Positions 37,871 through 49,689 of a stretch of DNA of 64,000 bases are shown piece after piece; the first letter of the stretch is position 1; every line of letters begins with the position of its first letter. The notes under the pieces are model-generated. The model had not been told where the DNA came from. It did no database searches and saw only the letters and a list, made by a program, of their open reading frames with translations. A program made the position numbers and the translations under genes. The stretch lies in NCBI GenBank assembly GCA_964016885.1, contig OZ024740.1, positions 338,024,001 to 338,088,000 of the forward strand, read 5' to 3'. Source of the stretch: Eledone cirrhosa. Lineage: Eukaryota.

Positions 37871-38555
37871 CCATGTATAAGAAAAAATAAATCGAGGTGT
37901 TGCTGTACCTGAGAAGACTTGCCTAACCCATGAAAGCATGGAAAAAACAGATCTAAAAAATGATGCTGATGATGATAATGATTATATATATATATATATA
38001 TATACACACGTATAAAGCTTCTTTATAGTTTCCATCTACCAAATCTTAGTAATAAGGCATGGATCAACCCAAGGTTATAGTAGAAAACACTTGTTTAAAG
38101 TGTTACATGGTTGATCTGAAGCTGAAAACATGTGGTTGTGAATTGAACTTCTTAACCACACAACCTTGTGTGTTTGTGAATGTGCACATGTAAAAATGTG
38201 TATATGAAAGTATATGTGTATGTGTGCATGTAATTAATACCTAGGAAACATATATGCAGGCACTGTTCCTCCTAAGGTGGATTATACTTTTTGGAGGTGT
38301 AGGAGAAAGCTCAATTGTAAAGACAATGAATCAAAACTCATGTCGATAAAAAGAAAAAGTTCTTTGATTTTTTTTTCCTACTTTGAAAGCTTTTAGGAAA
38401 CTGACCAATTATGACATTAGGAAACATTAACAGCTACAATTAGTAATCAATCATAAAAGCTATTCAAGATAGACAAGCATTAATTGATATATTTTACATT
38501 AGAGCAACCCATTCTCATAAAGTATCAGACACGTTCCTTTCAAAATCATACTTAC

Positions 38556-38571
38556 GAAAACAAAATCTCAT
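38556..38571 (-). CDS. Candidate alternative first coding exon (MRFCF, phase 1)
   Basis: ATG AGA TTT TGT TTT C|gtaagt in non-repetitive sequence. The phase matches the 31575 acceptor. Confidence 0.3.
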
Positions 38572-38999
38572 CCGCTCATTTGTAAATCTATCTGTTTTTT
38601 CTACGGGAAGCTAACAACTTAAGTAAGCTTGATGTTTTCCTTGGCTTCCTTACAAATATAAACACGTTTTATGTTCAGTGCAATAAAGGAAGAAATATGC
38701 TTCTTTCAAGTCACAAAAAAAAAAAAAAAAAAAATTACTTGTTATACAGCAAAGCAGTTCAGAATACATTTTACCTTAGTGTACTTACTGCTGCTACTAT
38801 TACTACTGCTACTACTAATGACAATACTGAAGAAATAAAGTTATATATTTAACAAAAAGCATCTGCATTTCGTGCAGAGAACTCTCCAGGGATTAGAGAT
38901 AGGAAACTTAACATGTATTTTTATCCAGTTAGAAACATTTCTGTTTGAAAAAACAGATGTTTATGACAGATTGGGGAGATCTGGAGTTCTATTACTCAC

Positions 39000-39207
39000 T
39001 ACACATGTGTATGAGCTTTTCTGTGTGTATATGTGCATGAGCCTTTGTGTGTATGCGTGTGTATGTGTGTGTATGTGTATGTGTGTGAGTGTGTGTGAGA
39101 GCGTGTATACATGTGTCATTGAATACAAGTATTTTTGCTTGTGTGTCAGTATCTTTGAGTGTGTTTGTGCATTCTATTACTCACTTTAACATATGTATGC
39201 GAATGAG

Positions 39208-39259
<52 letters not shown>

Positions 39260-39638
39260 AGCATGTATTGACATTTTTTCTGTGTGTGTATCAGTGAGTA
39301 AGGGTTTTATTTTCTGAATGTAGATTTAGCAGTATGTAAGTATGTATGTGTATGCATGTGTGTACCTGAGTGTATGTGCACATGCGTATGTATGTGAACA
39401 CATGCATATGTGCGTGAACACATGTGTATGTTATTGCATATATGTGTCAGTGAGTATGTTTGTGTCAGTGTGTATAAGAATATGTTTATGTGTATGTTTC
39501 TATAAGTTCATGAATGTGTGTATGTGACAGTGTGTATGTGTATGTGTGAAATTAATCTGCTTGTGTGTATATGTATGTGTGTGTATGGATGCATCTGTCA
39601 ATGTCCTGAATGTTTGTGTGTGAATGTTTGAATGTGTG
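39000..39638. repeat. Degenerate (TG)n/(TATG)n low-complexity tract
   Basis: Direct reading; pure (TG)n at about 39210-39258. Confidence 0.9.
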
Positions 39639-40440
39639 TACAAGGTCTGTTAAAAAAGTATCTACAGAAAGTAATAATGTTAAGGAGACAAAAGTGTGCA
39701 GAGTGGAGCCCATACAATCATACACATGCATGGTTTTTTACCAGCTTGCTGAATGTGTCAGTCACTGTCAAGCAGCCAGCATTTGAGGTGCTGTAATACC
39801 TGCTCATCACATTTGTATTTTGCCTAATACTGCCAACAAGAATACCATGATAACTGGTGATGAAAGTAGATGTATGGGTATGATCCAGAAACGAAAGCTG
39901 TCATCACAGTGGAAATATCCAATGTTGCCAAAACTCCAAAATGCGTGTCAGGTGCAGAGCAAAATCAAGGTGATACAGACTGCTTTCTTCAACTACTGGA
40001 GTGTTGTACATCTACACCAGAAGGATAAAGCATTACAAAGGAGTGCTATCCTCCTATGTCTTTGATGCTGTTTGGCACAAAAAACTGGATCTGTGGACCT
40101 CATGAAACTAGCATCTGCATTATGATAAAGTCCCAGCTTATTAATTACAGCTGATCCAAAGTTTCTTGGCAAGGAAAAACATTTCACTCATTTACCAAGC
40201 TCTCTAATCCCCAGGCATGGCTCCTTCTAACTTCTTTGAGAATTGAAGAGACATTATGAGAACTGCAATAGTGAAGCTGAAAGCTATTCTAGAAGCAGCA
40301 TTCCAAGTATAATTTGAACAATGGAAGGATTGCTGGGATGTGTATGGAGGCACAAAGGTCCTACCTAGAAGGGGCTTAGCCATTGAACCCCACCAAATTT
40401 TCCCCAGCCTAAAGATGGATATTTTTCAACAGACCTCGTA
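39639..40440 (+). mobile_element. Tc1/mariner transposon, internally deleted, transposase pseudogene
   Basis: TA-caaggtctgttaaaaaagtatc ... gatatttttcaacagacctcg-TA TIRs. Reads ITGDES...SSQWK.P..PK....QV.SKIKV..T.FF, followed by a decayed HDN/SPD.AP region. Confidence 0.88.
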
Positions 40441-40848
40441 TGTGTATTTGTTTTAACTGTCACTCTTTTTTCCCATCAAATACTCAATATAAAGCACTCA
40501 CAAGAGACTCTATATACAAGTTTGCCTGATTGTTTATTATCAAATGTCATTCATACAAGAATAGAATTCTAAACTTTTGTAGCATGTTTTGTGGGTGGTC
40601 GGCATTGACATGTCTGCTATAATTATGACTCAGCTGTCTTCGTTTGTTCTACTGCAAGCATTCTAAATTAACCCATTTTATTCCAAACCCCCTGAAACCA
40701 CCCCTGTTTCTATGATACAAAATTGTTTGTTTTAAAGTGCTTATATTTATCTAAAAACTTCCAATCATAATTTTATGTAGGAACTTTAGTTATGTTTCAC
40801 ATGGCAACTTAACATTGAAAAAGTTAGTTATATCATTAAATCCCTACA

Positions 40849-41040
40849 GGGTGATAAATTGGCAGTATCAGTAGAGCGTCAGATATCTTGCTTTGCACCA
40901 TAGTGTTAAAGCCATTTATGTTCTGAGTTCAAATCCTGCTGAGCTTAGCTTTTCCTTTCATCCTTACAGGGTCAATAAAATAAAGTTTCAGTCAAGCACT
41001 GGGGTTAATTTAATCGACTTTTACCTCCCCCAAAATTATT
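40849..41040 (+). mobile_element. SINE family A variant with target-site duplication
   Basis: Family A core. attaaatccc occurs at 40835-40844 and 41046-41055. Confidence 0.8.
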
Positions 41041-41829
41041 AAATTATTAAATCCCAACAAATTCTTGACTATTTTCAAAATTATTTGAAAATCATAGGCT
41101 GTGTCTTTCATTAGAATTATGATAATGAAAGAGTTACCATTTTTGTTACCATTTTATAGGGACTCTTTTGTTACCATTAATATAGGGAAAGAACTCTAAA
41201 CTTTCGTAGCATGTTTTGTGTGTGTAGTGATTGACGTGTAATGTGCTGCAACTATTAACACCCATTTATTATAACTTGGCTGTTTTCATTGAAGTCATTC
41301 TACTACAAGCATTCTAAGTTAACCCAATATTCCATTAAAACATCTTTAGTTATTTGTATATTTTGTGTGTGTATGGGGTATATATGATAGCCCTTTCTTT
41401 TAAGTATATCAACCATTGACTGGGAATATACCTCCAGGATGTGCAATGCATACTAAATATACATATCAAAGGGTCTCCTATATGTAATATAGTGAACTGA
41501 AAAACTGATCTATTGAGATTATCCATGGAATTAGTAGAGAAAATCTTCCCTTTAAGGGTGTTTAAAATCTGAACAAACGAGGAAGGGAGATAACTCTAAT
41601 AATATCAGTTAATTGAAAATTTTAGAAAACAAAGATGATGCAGATAGGAAGGGATCACTTCTTTAAAGCCAACTGGTGAAAAGAACAGCCATGTTTCGAT
41701 CTAATTATATCTTTTTAGTGAAGCATATGTAGTTTAGTTGGCAAAACTTAGAAGTGATCAGTATATATAGAAATTGAGGGAATACAGAAATGAGAGAACT
41801 CTACATATTAAAGTCTTTATTCCTTTATG

Positions 41830-42160
41830 GTGGTGATGGTGATGGTAATGCTAAAAGAGGTGCTTATGGTAGGGGTTGTAGTGATAGTGGTGAGGTGATG
41901 GGGATGGTGATGATGATTTTGATAATGATGATAGTAAATATGGTGGTGATGAAGGTTGTGGTTGTTACAGTGATGACTATTACAGCAGTGGTAAGTATAG
42001 TGATGGTGGCTGTGATAGTTGTGAGGATGGTAGTAATGGTGAGGGTGTTAGTGATGGTGAGAATGGTAGTGATGTGTATGATTATGGAGGGGATTTTGAC
42101 TGTGGGTGGTAGCAAAGGTGTCTGTGGTGATTTTGTTGTTGATGGTGTTGGTGATGTGAG
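41830..42160. repeat. Degenerate (GAT/GGT)n microsatellite
   Basis: Direct reading; it explains ORFs 41790..42164 and 41864..42256. Confidence 0.85.
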
Positions 42161-42184
42161 ATAAGAAATAAATAGCAGACTTAC

Positions 42185-42353
42185 AAGGAGAGTTAACATT
42201 GTGCTTTCGTGGTACACGCTCCCACCTGTCATAATCGACAGCTGATTTAGCTGCAACAGTAAGGTCTGTGACAGCAGGTACAGTCTTTGGTTGGCAGATA
42301 GTGTCAGTGGAATATTTAAAGAAGTTTATTAAAGACATCTTCAAAAATTGTAG
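42185..42353 (-). CDS. Probable 169-nt exon of an unidentified host gene
   Basis: Acceptor attcttctcttccag, donor gtaagt. Only one frame is open across it: LQFLKMSLINFFKYSTDTICQPKTVPAVTDLTVAAKSAVDYDRWERVPRKHNVNSP, ending in phase 1. It is richer in GC and CpG than its flanks. Confidence 0.6.
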
Positions 42354-42828
42354 CTGGAAGAGAAGAATGGTTTCGTTAGTATGGAACATTACTTGCAAAT
42401 ATTTATTCCCACCTATTACATACAATCATGGCTGAAAGTTTAAGACCACCGACCAATGTTTAACAAAAATGAAGGTTGCATCTTATGAAATGAAAATAGA
42501 CTTCAATATTCCCTTTAAAGCATGGATCGTTTTGAAGACAGGCTTTCAGACATAAATTTCACTATAGACTAGCATTTTCTATGTGTACCTTTTATCTTAA
42601 TAACATCTTGAATATAACAAGGCATATTGGATATCAGAGCCAGGAAATATTCCTATGAAAATTCTTTAATCCATATATTCTTAATAGCCTCCACTAAATC
42701 TTATGCACTGCATGGTTGTCTGTATGTAAACCTATAGAATGTTCTCCCGGCTTCTTGCTTTTTAAACCCCACTATCAGGCTAAAACTTCTTTAATAAAAA
42801 TTATGGCAACAGCTTCTATTTCTACTAT

Positions 42829-44740
42829 ATCATCATCACCGTTTTACGTCCGTTCTTCCACGCTAGCATGGGTTAGATGGGTTGTCCTGTTGTGAGCAGT
42901 GTCTGGTCGGCTGACCATGCCTTGCTCATACAGGAACTGATTTGGCCTGATTTCTACAGCTGGATGCCCTTCCTAACACCAACCTCATTTACAGTGATTG
43001 CTGGGTGCTTTTTCGTGGCGCCTACACGTCCACTTTACAGTGTGGGCTGGGTGCTTTTTTGCCGTGGCACCTCCACGGCCACCTTGCGGGGGGGGGGGGG
43101 CATATTGTCTATATGCTTCAGCTTGTACCCATGGGAGGTCGGGTACTCTGTATTACTGCGTGACACCAGAGGTCACGGTCGTGTGTCATTGTCTTTGAGA
43201 GGTGTAATTGGGTAAGGTCGGCTTTTATCACCTCATCCCAGGTCATCTTGGGTCTCCCCACTCTGCGGTTTCCATCGACTTCTAGTGCTCTGCACCTTTT
43301 TATGCAGCTGTCATCCTTCATACACATCACATGTCCATACCAGCGCAACCGCCTCTCCTGCACACAGCATTTGATTCCTCTTATGCTCAGTCTCTCTCTC
43401 AATTCATTTATGCTTTGTCGTTCACGTATATTACTGTTACACATCCATCGGAGCATGCAGGCTTCGTTTCTCTCTAATCTACGTAAGTCTTCCACCTTCA
43501 GCACCCAGGTCTCACTACCATGCAACATCGCTGTTTGGATACACGCATCATACAGTCTGCCTTTCATTCTGAGGAAGAAGCCTTTTGCAGCTAGCAATGG
43601 TAGTAGTTCCCTAAACTTCTTCCATCCCGTTCTTACCCTAGTTATTGTACTTTCTGAACACCCACCTCCGCTGCTAATTCGGTCACCTAGGTAGCAGAAG
43701 CTGTCTACTGTTTCTACAGAGCCCTCCCAGAGATTGGTGATACTTGTTTCCTGTGGCTGTTTGTTGCTTGCTGTCCCAGCACAGCTGCTACATGTGAAGC
43801 CTACATTCTTAATTAAGCTTCCTGAGATCCCGCCACATCTCTTGTGTACCCATTGTTTGCATTTGGGGCAGAGAATGGAGTTCCTACCTACACATTTCCT
43901 ACATACTGAGCAAGGCCATTTCCATGAGGGGATCTGTGTTCTGTTTTCTCGTCTACTTACAAGGACCTTAGTCTTTGTCATGTTGACTTTGAGACCCTTT
44001 CTTTCTAGTCCCTGCTTCCAAGTTTGGAATTTATTCTCTAGTTCTACCATAGATTCAGCTGTAAGTGCGAGGTCATCAGCATACAGGAGTTCCCATGGGC
44101 ATCCGGTCTTAAACTCCTCCGTTATTGCCTGCAGGACTATGATGAACAGGAGGGAGCTAAGAACAGAGCCCTGGTGAACTCCAACCTGTACGCTAAATTC
44201 CTCGCTATACTCATTGCTAATCCTAACTTTGCTGACTGCTCCACTATACATGGCTTGTACAGCTTTCACAAGCCATTAATCTACTCCTAGTTTTCTAAGA
44301 ACCCACCAGATTACAGCACGTGGAACTGTGTCAAAGGCTTTCTCAATGTCGACAAATGCCAAGTAGAGTGGCTTACTTTTAGCTAGGTACTTTTCCTGTA
44401 ACTGCCTCACAAGGAAGAGGGCATCAGTGGTGCCTCTTCCTGGTACAAACCCAAATTGCATCTCGTCTATTTTCACCCGGTCCCTAATCAACTGTGCTAT
44501 AACTCTTTCTGTTACTTTCATGACCTGGTCCATCAACTTTATACCTCTATAGTTTTCTCTATCTAGTGCATCACCTTTACCTTTGTAGCAGTTGACAATG
44601 ATGCTACTGCACCAATCTTTTGGTATGGCACCTTCTAGTATTACCTGGTTAACAATATGTGTGGTTATAGTGTGACCTACAGATCCAGATGCCTTCAGCA
44701 TCTCAGCAGCTATACCCGATGGATCGGTTGCCTTCCCCAT
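42829..44740 (-). mobile_element. RTE LINE copy 3, 5'-truncated, nearly intact RT to C-terminus
   Basis: ORFs 44276..44740 and 43118..44269 are in frame and separated by one stop. They are highly similar to copy 2. Confidence 0.95.
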
Positions 44741-46779
44741 CTACATATCTTTATATATATATAGAGTTGTATCACATATAGCTTGTGTTGTACTATTTAT
44801 TCAGTGCCACACTATATATCTAGTGTTGCTGTATATGTCTAGCTTTACACTAAATATCTACAAGCTACTACAGTTTTCACTTGCAATCAAGTATGACCTG
44901 GTATTATGAACCATGCTTTCATCAAGGGTTTTAGGATTCCATGCAGTTTTGAAAAGACTCAGACCCCCTCTTGGATCCTGTTCCTTTTAACCCCTAGAAC
45001 ATCTAAAATGTAACAGTTGGAAGAGAAGAGGACTGCAACAGGACTGAACTGTCTGGTACTTCCTACCCCTAAAGAAAAAGAAAGAAAAACAATGTAGACT
45101 TCAATGGGATTTGAACTCAGAATGTAAAAGGCCATAACTAAATTCTACAAAGCATTTTGTCCAACACTAATCATTCTGCCAGTTTACCACCCTCAAAATT
45201 GCCATCTTAATAATGAAATAATAACATTAATAAATCAATTCAAATTTGTCATTAATTAATTGAAATATAGTGTATTTTAATAGAAATATAACAACAAAAG
45301 GGTTAATATAGCTGAAGCAATAACACAGTCATGTGGCAGGTGATAAAAATGGGGTTCAGATTCCCATCTTTGGAGCCTGTTTCCTTTTCCTGTCTCAAAT
45401 TGATGCTCACGTTCTTTATCATTTTATGTATTCAACGTTTATCTTTCACTAATTCTTGTTTTCATAACAAAACATTATTGGCTCTTGTTGCTGCAAGTTC
45501 CCATCTTTAGTTCTACTTGTGAGATGTTTTTTTTTTAAATATAATATTCCTAAACCAAAGGAAATACTGAGTCATTAATATACAGTAAAAACAATAGTAA
45601 CATCAACTAGATTACACTGATCCAGATATCATCTCATTTCTAAACAATTAACTCTCTTCAAATTTTTTATTTCTGAAAAACTAAAGCAATATTTCTTGCA
45701 CAATAAAAGCATGGTACTTCAGTAATAAAATATAGTGTCGCAAAATTCTTTTTTTTTAATCACCATACTTTCTTTCAAAACATTTCCTTTATATTTTATC
45801 TGTTTTTTTTCTTGTTTGTTTTTTTTCAGAAACATAAACTGTACATTAAATTGTAGAAAGATCACTCTCACAAAATATATTGTCTCGTCATGGTTCTTTG
45901 TAGGAAACTTTTTGTTCCAATGGAAAGGATTTCAAAAAGACTTTCTCTAAATTTCACAAGGCGTTTTAGTTTTATCTATTTATTTCTTTTTTCTTTTTAC
46001 TGTCCTCCAATAAAACCTAAATAGATTGAAATATAATCAATATAAGCAGTTAAATAAGCTGTTTCTATGAAAACATTGGTTATTTAAAGTTCAATCAAGG
46101 TCTAGTTCTGTTTGCCTTCACAGATGTTGCTAAAGAAAATATTTGATTGATGATATATCTTCCTATTTTGTACTGATATTTTTAAACTATTGATCAATTG
46201 AATGCTTCTCTTCTGCCCTTCTTAGGAGGAAAGACCAATCCTCATGCAATGTTTGAATGCACTTCAAAAGATTTTACTGTTTGCACTTGAGGCTGCCCTA
46301 AATTGAAGTAACTGTAAACATTATTATCCAGAATAAAACCATTAACCTTTCCATCCATCTTTGATGAAGAAAAAAGTCAATGATCAATGGGTATGTAAAC
46401 CAATCCCTACAAAATACGTCTATCACTACCTTTACATGGCTGTGCCAGACAAATAATAAAATTAGGTTTCATCATAATAAGGAAGCTAAAACAGGCTGGT
46501 TCCCAGTACATGTACAGGAGGGGTGTTACAGACTGTTGGCATTGGTTTGTTGCTCTGAGGTTATGAGAATAACAACCAATGTAAATCACATTCAGTGAAT
46601 TTACCACATGAAAGATTGCTCATTAGAAATGAATACCCCTTATGACATCAATGAATAAATTTCAGGCTTGATAAAAAGAATCCCTTTTTCTTTTTATGGG
46701 ATATTAAATAAAGATCTGAATGAGTGTACTGTAATTTACCATCAAAATATTTACTGTGCCAATCAAACAAATTTGACCA

Positions 46780-47873
46780 CATCATCATCATCACCGTTTT
46801 ACGTCCGTTCTTCCATGCTAGCATGGGTTAGACGGGTTGTCCTGTTGTGGGCAGTGTCTGGTCGGCTGACCATGCCTTGCTCATACAGGAACTAATTTTG
46901 GCTTGATTTCTACAGCTGGATGCCCTTCCTAACACCAACCTCATTTACAGTGAGTGCTGGGTGCTTTTTTCCGTGGCGCCTACACATCCACTTTACAGTG
47001 TGACTGGGTGCTTTTTTGTCGTGGCACCTCCACGACCACTTTGCAGTGGGAGGGTGTGGGGGCATATTGTCTATATGCTTCAGCTTGTACCCATGGGAGG
47101 TCGGGTACTCTGTATTACTGCGTGACGCCAGAGGTCAGGGTCATGTGTCATCACCTTTGAGAGGTGTAACAGGGTAAGGTCGGCTTTTATCACCTCATCC
47201 CAGGTCTTCTTGGGTCTCCCCACTCCGCGGTTTCCATTGACTTCTAGTGCTCTGCACCTTTTTATGCAGCTGTCATCCTTCATACGCATCACATGTCCAT
47301 TCCAACGCAACCGCCTCTCCTGCACACAGCATTTGATTCCTCTTATGCTCAGTCTCTCTCTCAATTCATTTATGCTTTGCCGTTCGCGTATATTACTATT
47401 ACACATCCATCAGAGCATGCAGGCTTCGTTTCTTTCTAATCTATGTAAGTCTTCCACCTTCAGCGCCCAGGTCTCACTACCATGTAACATTGCTGTTCAT
47501 ATACACGCATCATACAGTCTGCCTTTCATTTTGAGGGAAAAGCCTTTTGCAGCTAGCAGTGGTAGTAGTTCCCTGAACTTCTTCCATCCCGTTCTTACCC
47601 TAGTTATTGTACTTTCTGAACACCCACCCACCTCTGCTGCTAATTCGGTCACCTAGGTAGCAGAAGCTGTCTACTGTTTCTACAGAGCCCTCCCAGAGAT
47701 TGGTGGTACTTGTTTCCTGTGGCTGTTTGCTGCTTGCTGTCCCAGCACAGCTGCTACATGTGAAGCCTACATTCTTAATTAAGCTTCCTGAGATCCCGCT
47801 ACATCTCTTGTGTACCCATTGTTTGCATTTGGGGCAGAGAATGAAGTTCCTACCTACACCTTTCCTACATACT
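46780..47873 (-). mobile_element. RTE LINE copy 4, truncated within the PHD insert
   Basis: ORFs 47600..47881 and 47080..47406, the 3' UTR, and a (CAT)n tail on +. Confidence 0.93.
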
Positions 47874-48010
47874 TTTACCATACAATAATGAGCTACTTTG
47901 AATCAAACTAACATATAGGCACCTACTAATAATGTAAGTTTGACGATCAGAAATATATGTCCACTTAGCTTTAACTACCCAGCAAAAAATATAACATAAA
48001 TGCTCTATGC

Positions 48011-48714
48011 CAGAGATGGAGAACCTGTGGTCTTAAGGCCACATGTGGCCTTCTATGTCATTCTGTGCAGCCTTTTGAACTTTTGAAAGAATAAAGAATT
48101 CCAACAAATTTTTAATTTTTATCAATGTTTTTGTCTATCTTTTATTATTTTAATTTAAACCAACCAGAAGATCAACATATCTTAAATACCAAAGAGTAAA
48201 AGAAAATTCAATAAAATAATCCACCCAGCACTCACTGTAAATGAGGTTGGTGTTAGGAAGGGCATCCAGCTGTAGAAATCAAGCCAAATCAGTTCCTGTA
48301 TGAGCAAGGCATGGTCAGCCGACCAGACACTGCCCACAACAGGACAACCCGTCTAACCCATGCTAGCGTGGAAGAACGGACGTAAAACGGTGATGATGAT
48401 GATGAATCCACACTGACGGACAACCAGAATTTAGAAATATAGTAAATCATGAGAGCCGTTCATAGATTATGATTGCAACCAAATGTCAAAATGCTTTCCT
48501 ACAACAAGCAGTCACAACAAAGTCATTAAAAGGTAGTTAGCTTTAAAATTAAATTTCTTTTCGTTTTTTTCTCTAGATAATTAGTACATAGTAATTAGAT
48601 TTTTAGAAAATAATGTAGATTTTAAGAATATGTATTTATATTTTTTTTTAATGTGACCTTATATTACAAGTAACTTAATGCAGCCTTTCAACATGAAAAG
48701 GTTTCCCACCTCTG
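48011..48714. mobile_element. hAT (Charlie-type) non-autonomous element
   Basis: TIRs cagagatggagaacct / aggtttcccacctctg, subterminal ggccacatgtggcc, and an 8-bp TSD ctctatgc/ctctatga. Confidence 0.8.
48225..48404 (+). mobile_element. RTE 3'-tail insertion nested in the hAT element
   Basis: Near-identical to the LINE 3' UTR end. TSD aatccac at 48218-48224 and 48405-48411. Confidence 0.9.
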
Positions 48715-48817
48715 CTCTATGACAACCTACCATTTGTATGAAGCATGTATGGACCGACCTGGCCTCTTATACCTTTAAACTATGCTTACAACCACACATT
48801 TTGAAATGACAGTGTTC

Positions 48818-49021
48818 TTAACCTTTTAGCATTTACATCATATATACTTTGTATGTTTACATTATTATCTCACATAATATCGAATTTATGAGATTTTGAT
48901 ATTATTTATTTTGAGAATAACACCTTAACATCAGTAGGAGTGGCCAGTTACGGCTGGTTTGAACAGAAAGAGGTGAGAGAATTCTGGATGGATACAGCTA
49001 TTTTAAATGCTAAAGTGTTAA
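48818..49021. mobile_element. TTAA-flanked MITE, intact
   Basis: TTAA-ccttttagcattta ... taaatgctaaagtg-TTAA; homologous to 35203-35413. Confidence 0.75.
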
Positions 49022-49689
49022 ACTACATCTGGGATCTGAAAACTAGGAACAATCCATACAACCTGAAATGTAGCATAAGAACTAAGATATACTCATAATT
49101 TGAACAACAACAAAATGTGCAGTTTTTTTCAACTGAAACTATTTAGACACTCCTTGCTAAAACACCACCCTTTAAGAAACACCCCAAGAGAAGTACCTGG
49201 ATATATAAGACATTGAAATATTACAGACCACTAACATAAGCCATACTTCAGAAGTAGCACAACTAACATAGAGATAATTCTTAGGATTACAGACAAAGAT
49301 ATGCTCAAACCCTTTATTAGAAACTTGGGATCATATTATGTGTAAATGTTTCTATACTCTGCACCACATTTCTATTCTGCACACTTGATGGTAATTATTA
49401 GTTGATGATTGTATAACTAATTCCATGATTATTTTTATTATCCACATACACATCTTGGTAAGAATGTGTCAATGGATAAGAAGGTAAACAAATGTGTAAT
49501 ACATCATAATACATATTAAGAAAAAATGGAACTGCACAATACATGTGCTATGAATAAATTACAACAGATGAACAAAGCAATCAATATACAGAGTAGAAAC
49601 CAAAGGATATCAGATTCATGTAACCAAAATAGACAAAGTAATACAATGGAACGAATAAAGCAACAATCCTCAGTCACCAGCAATTCCCA

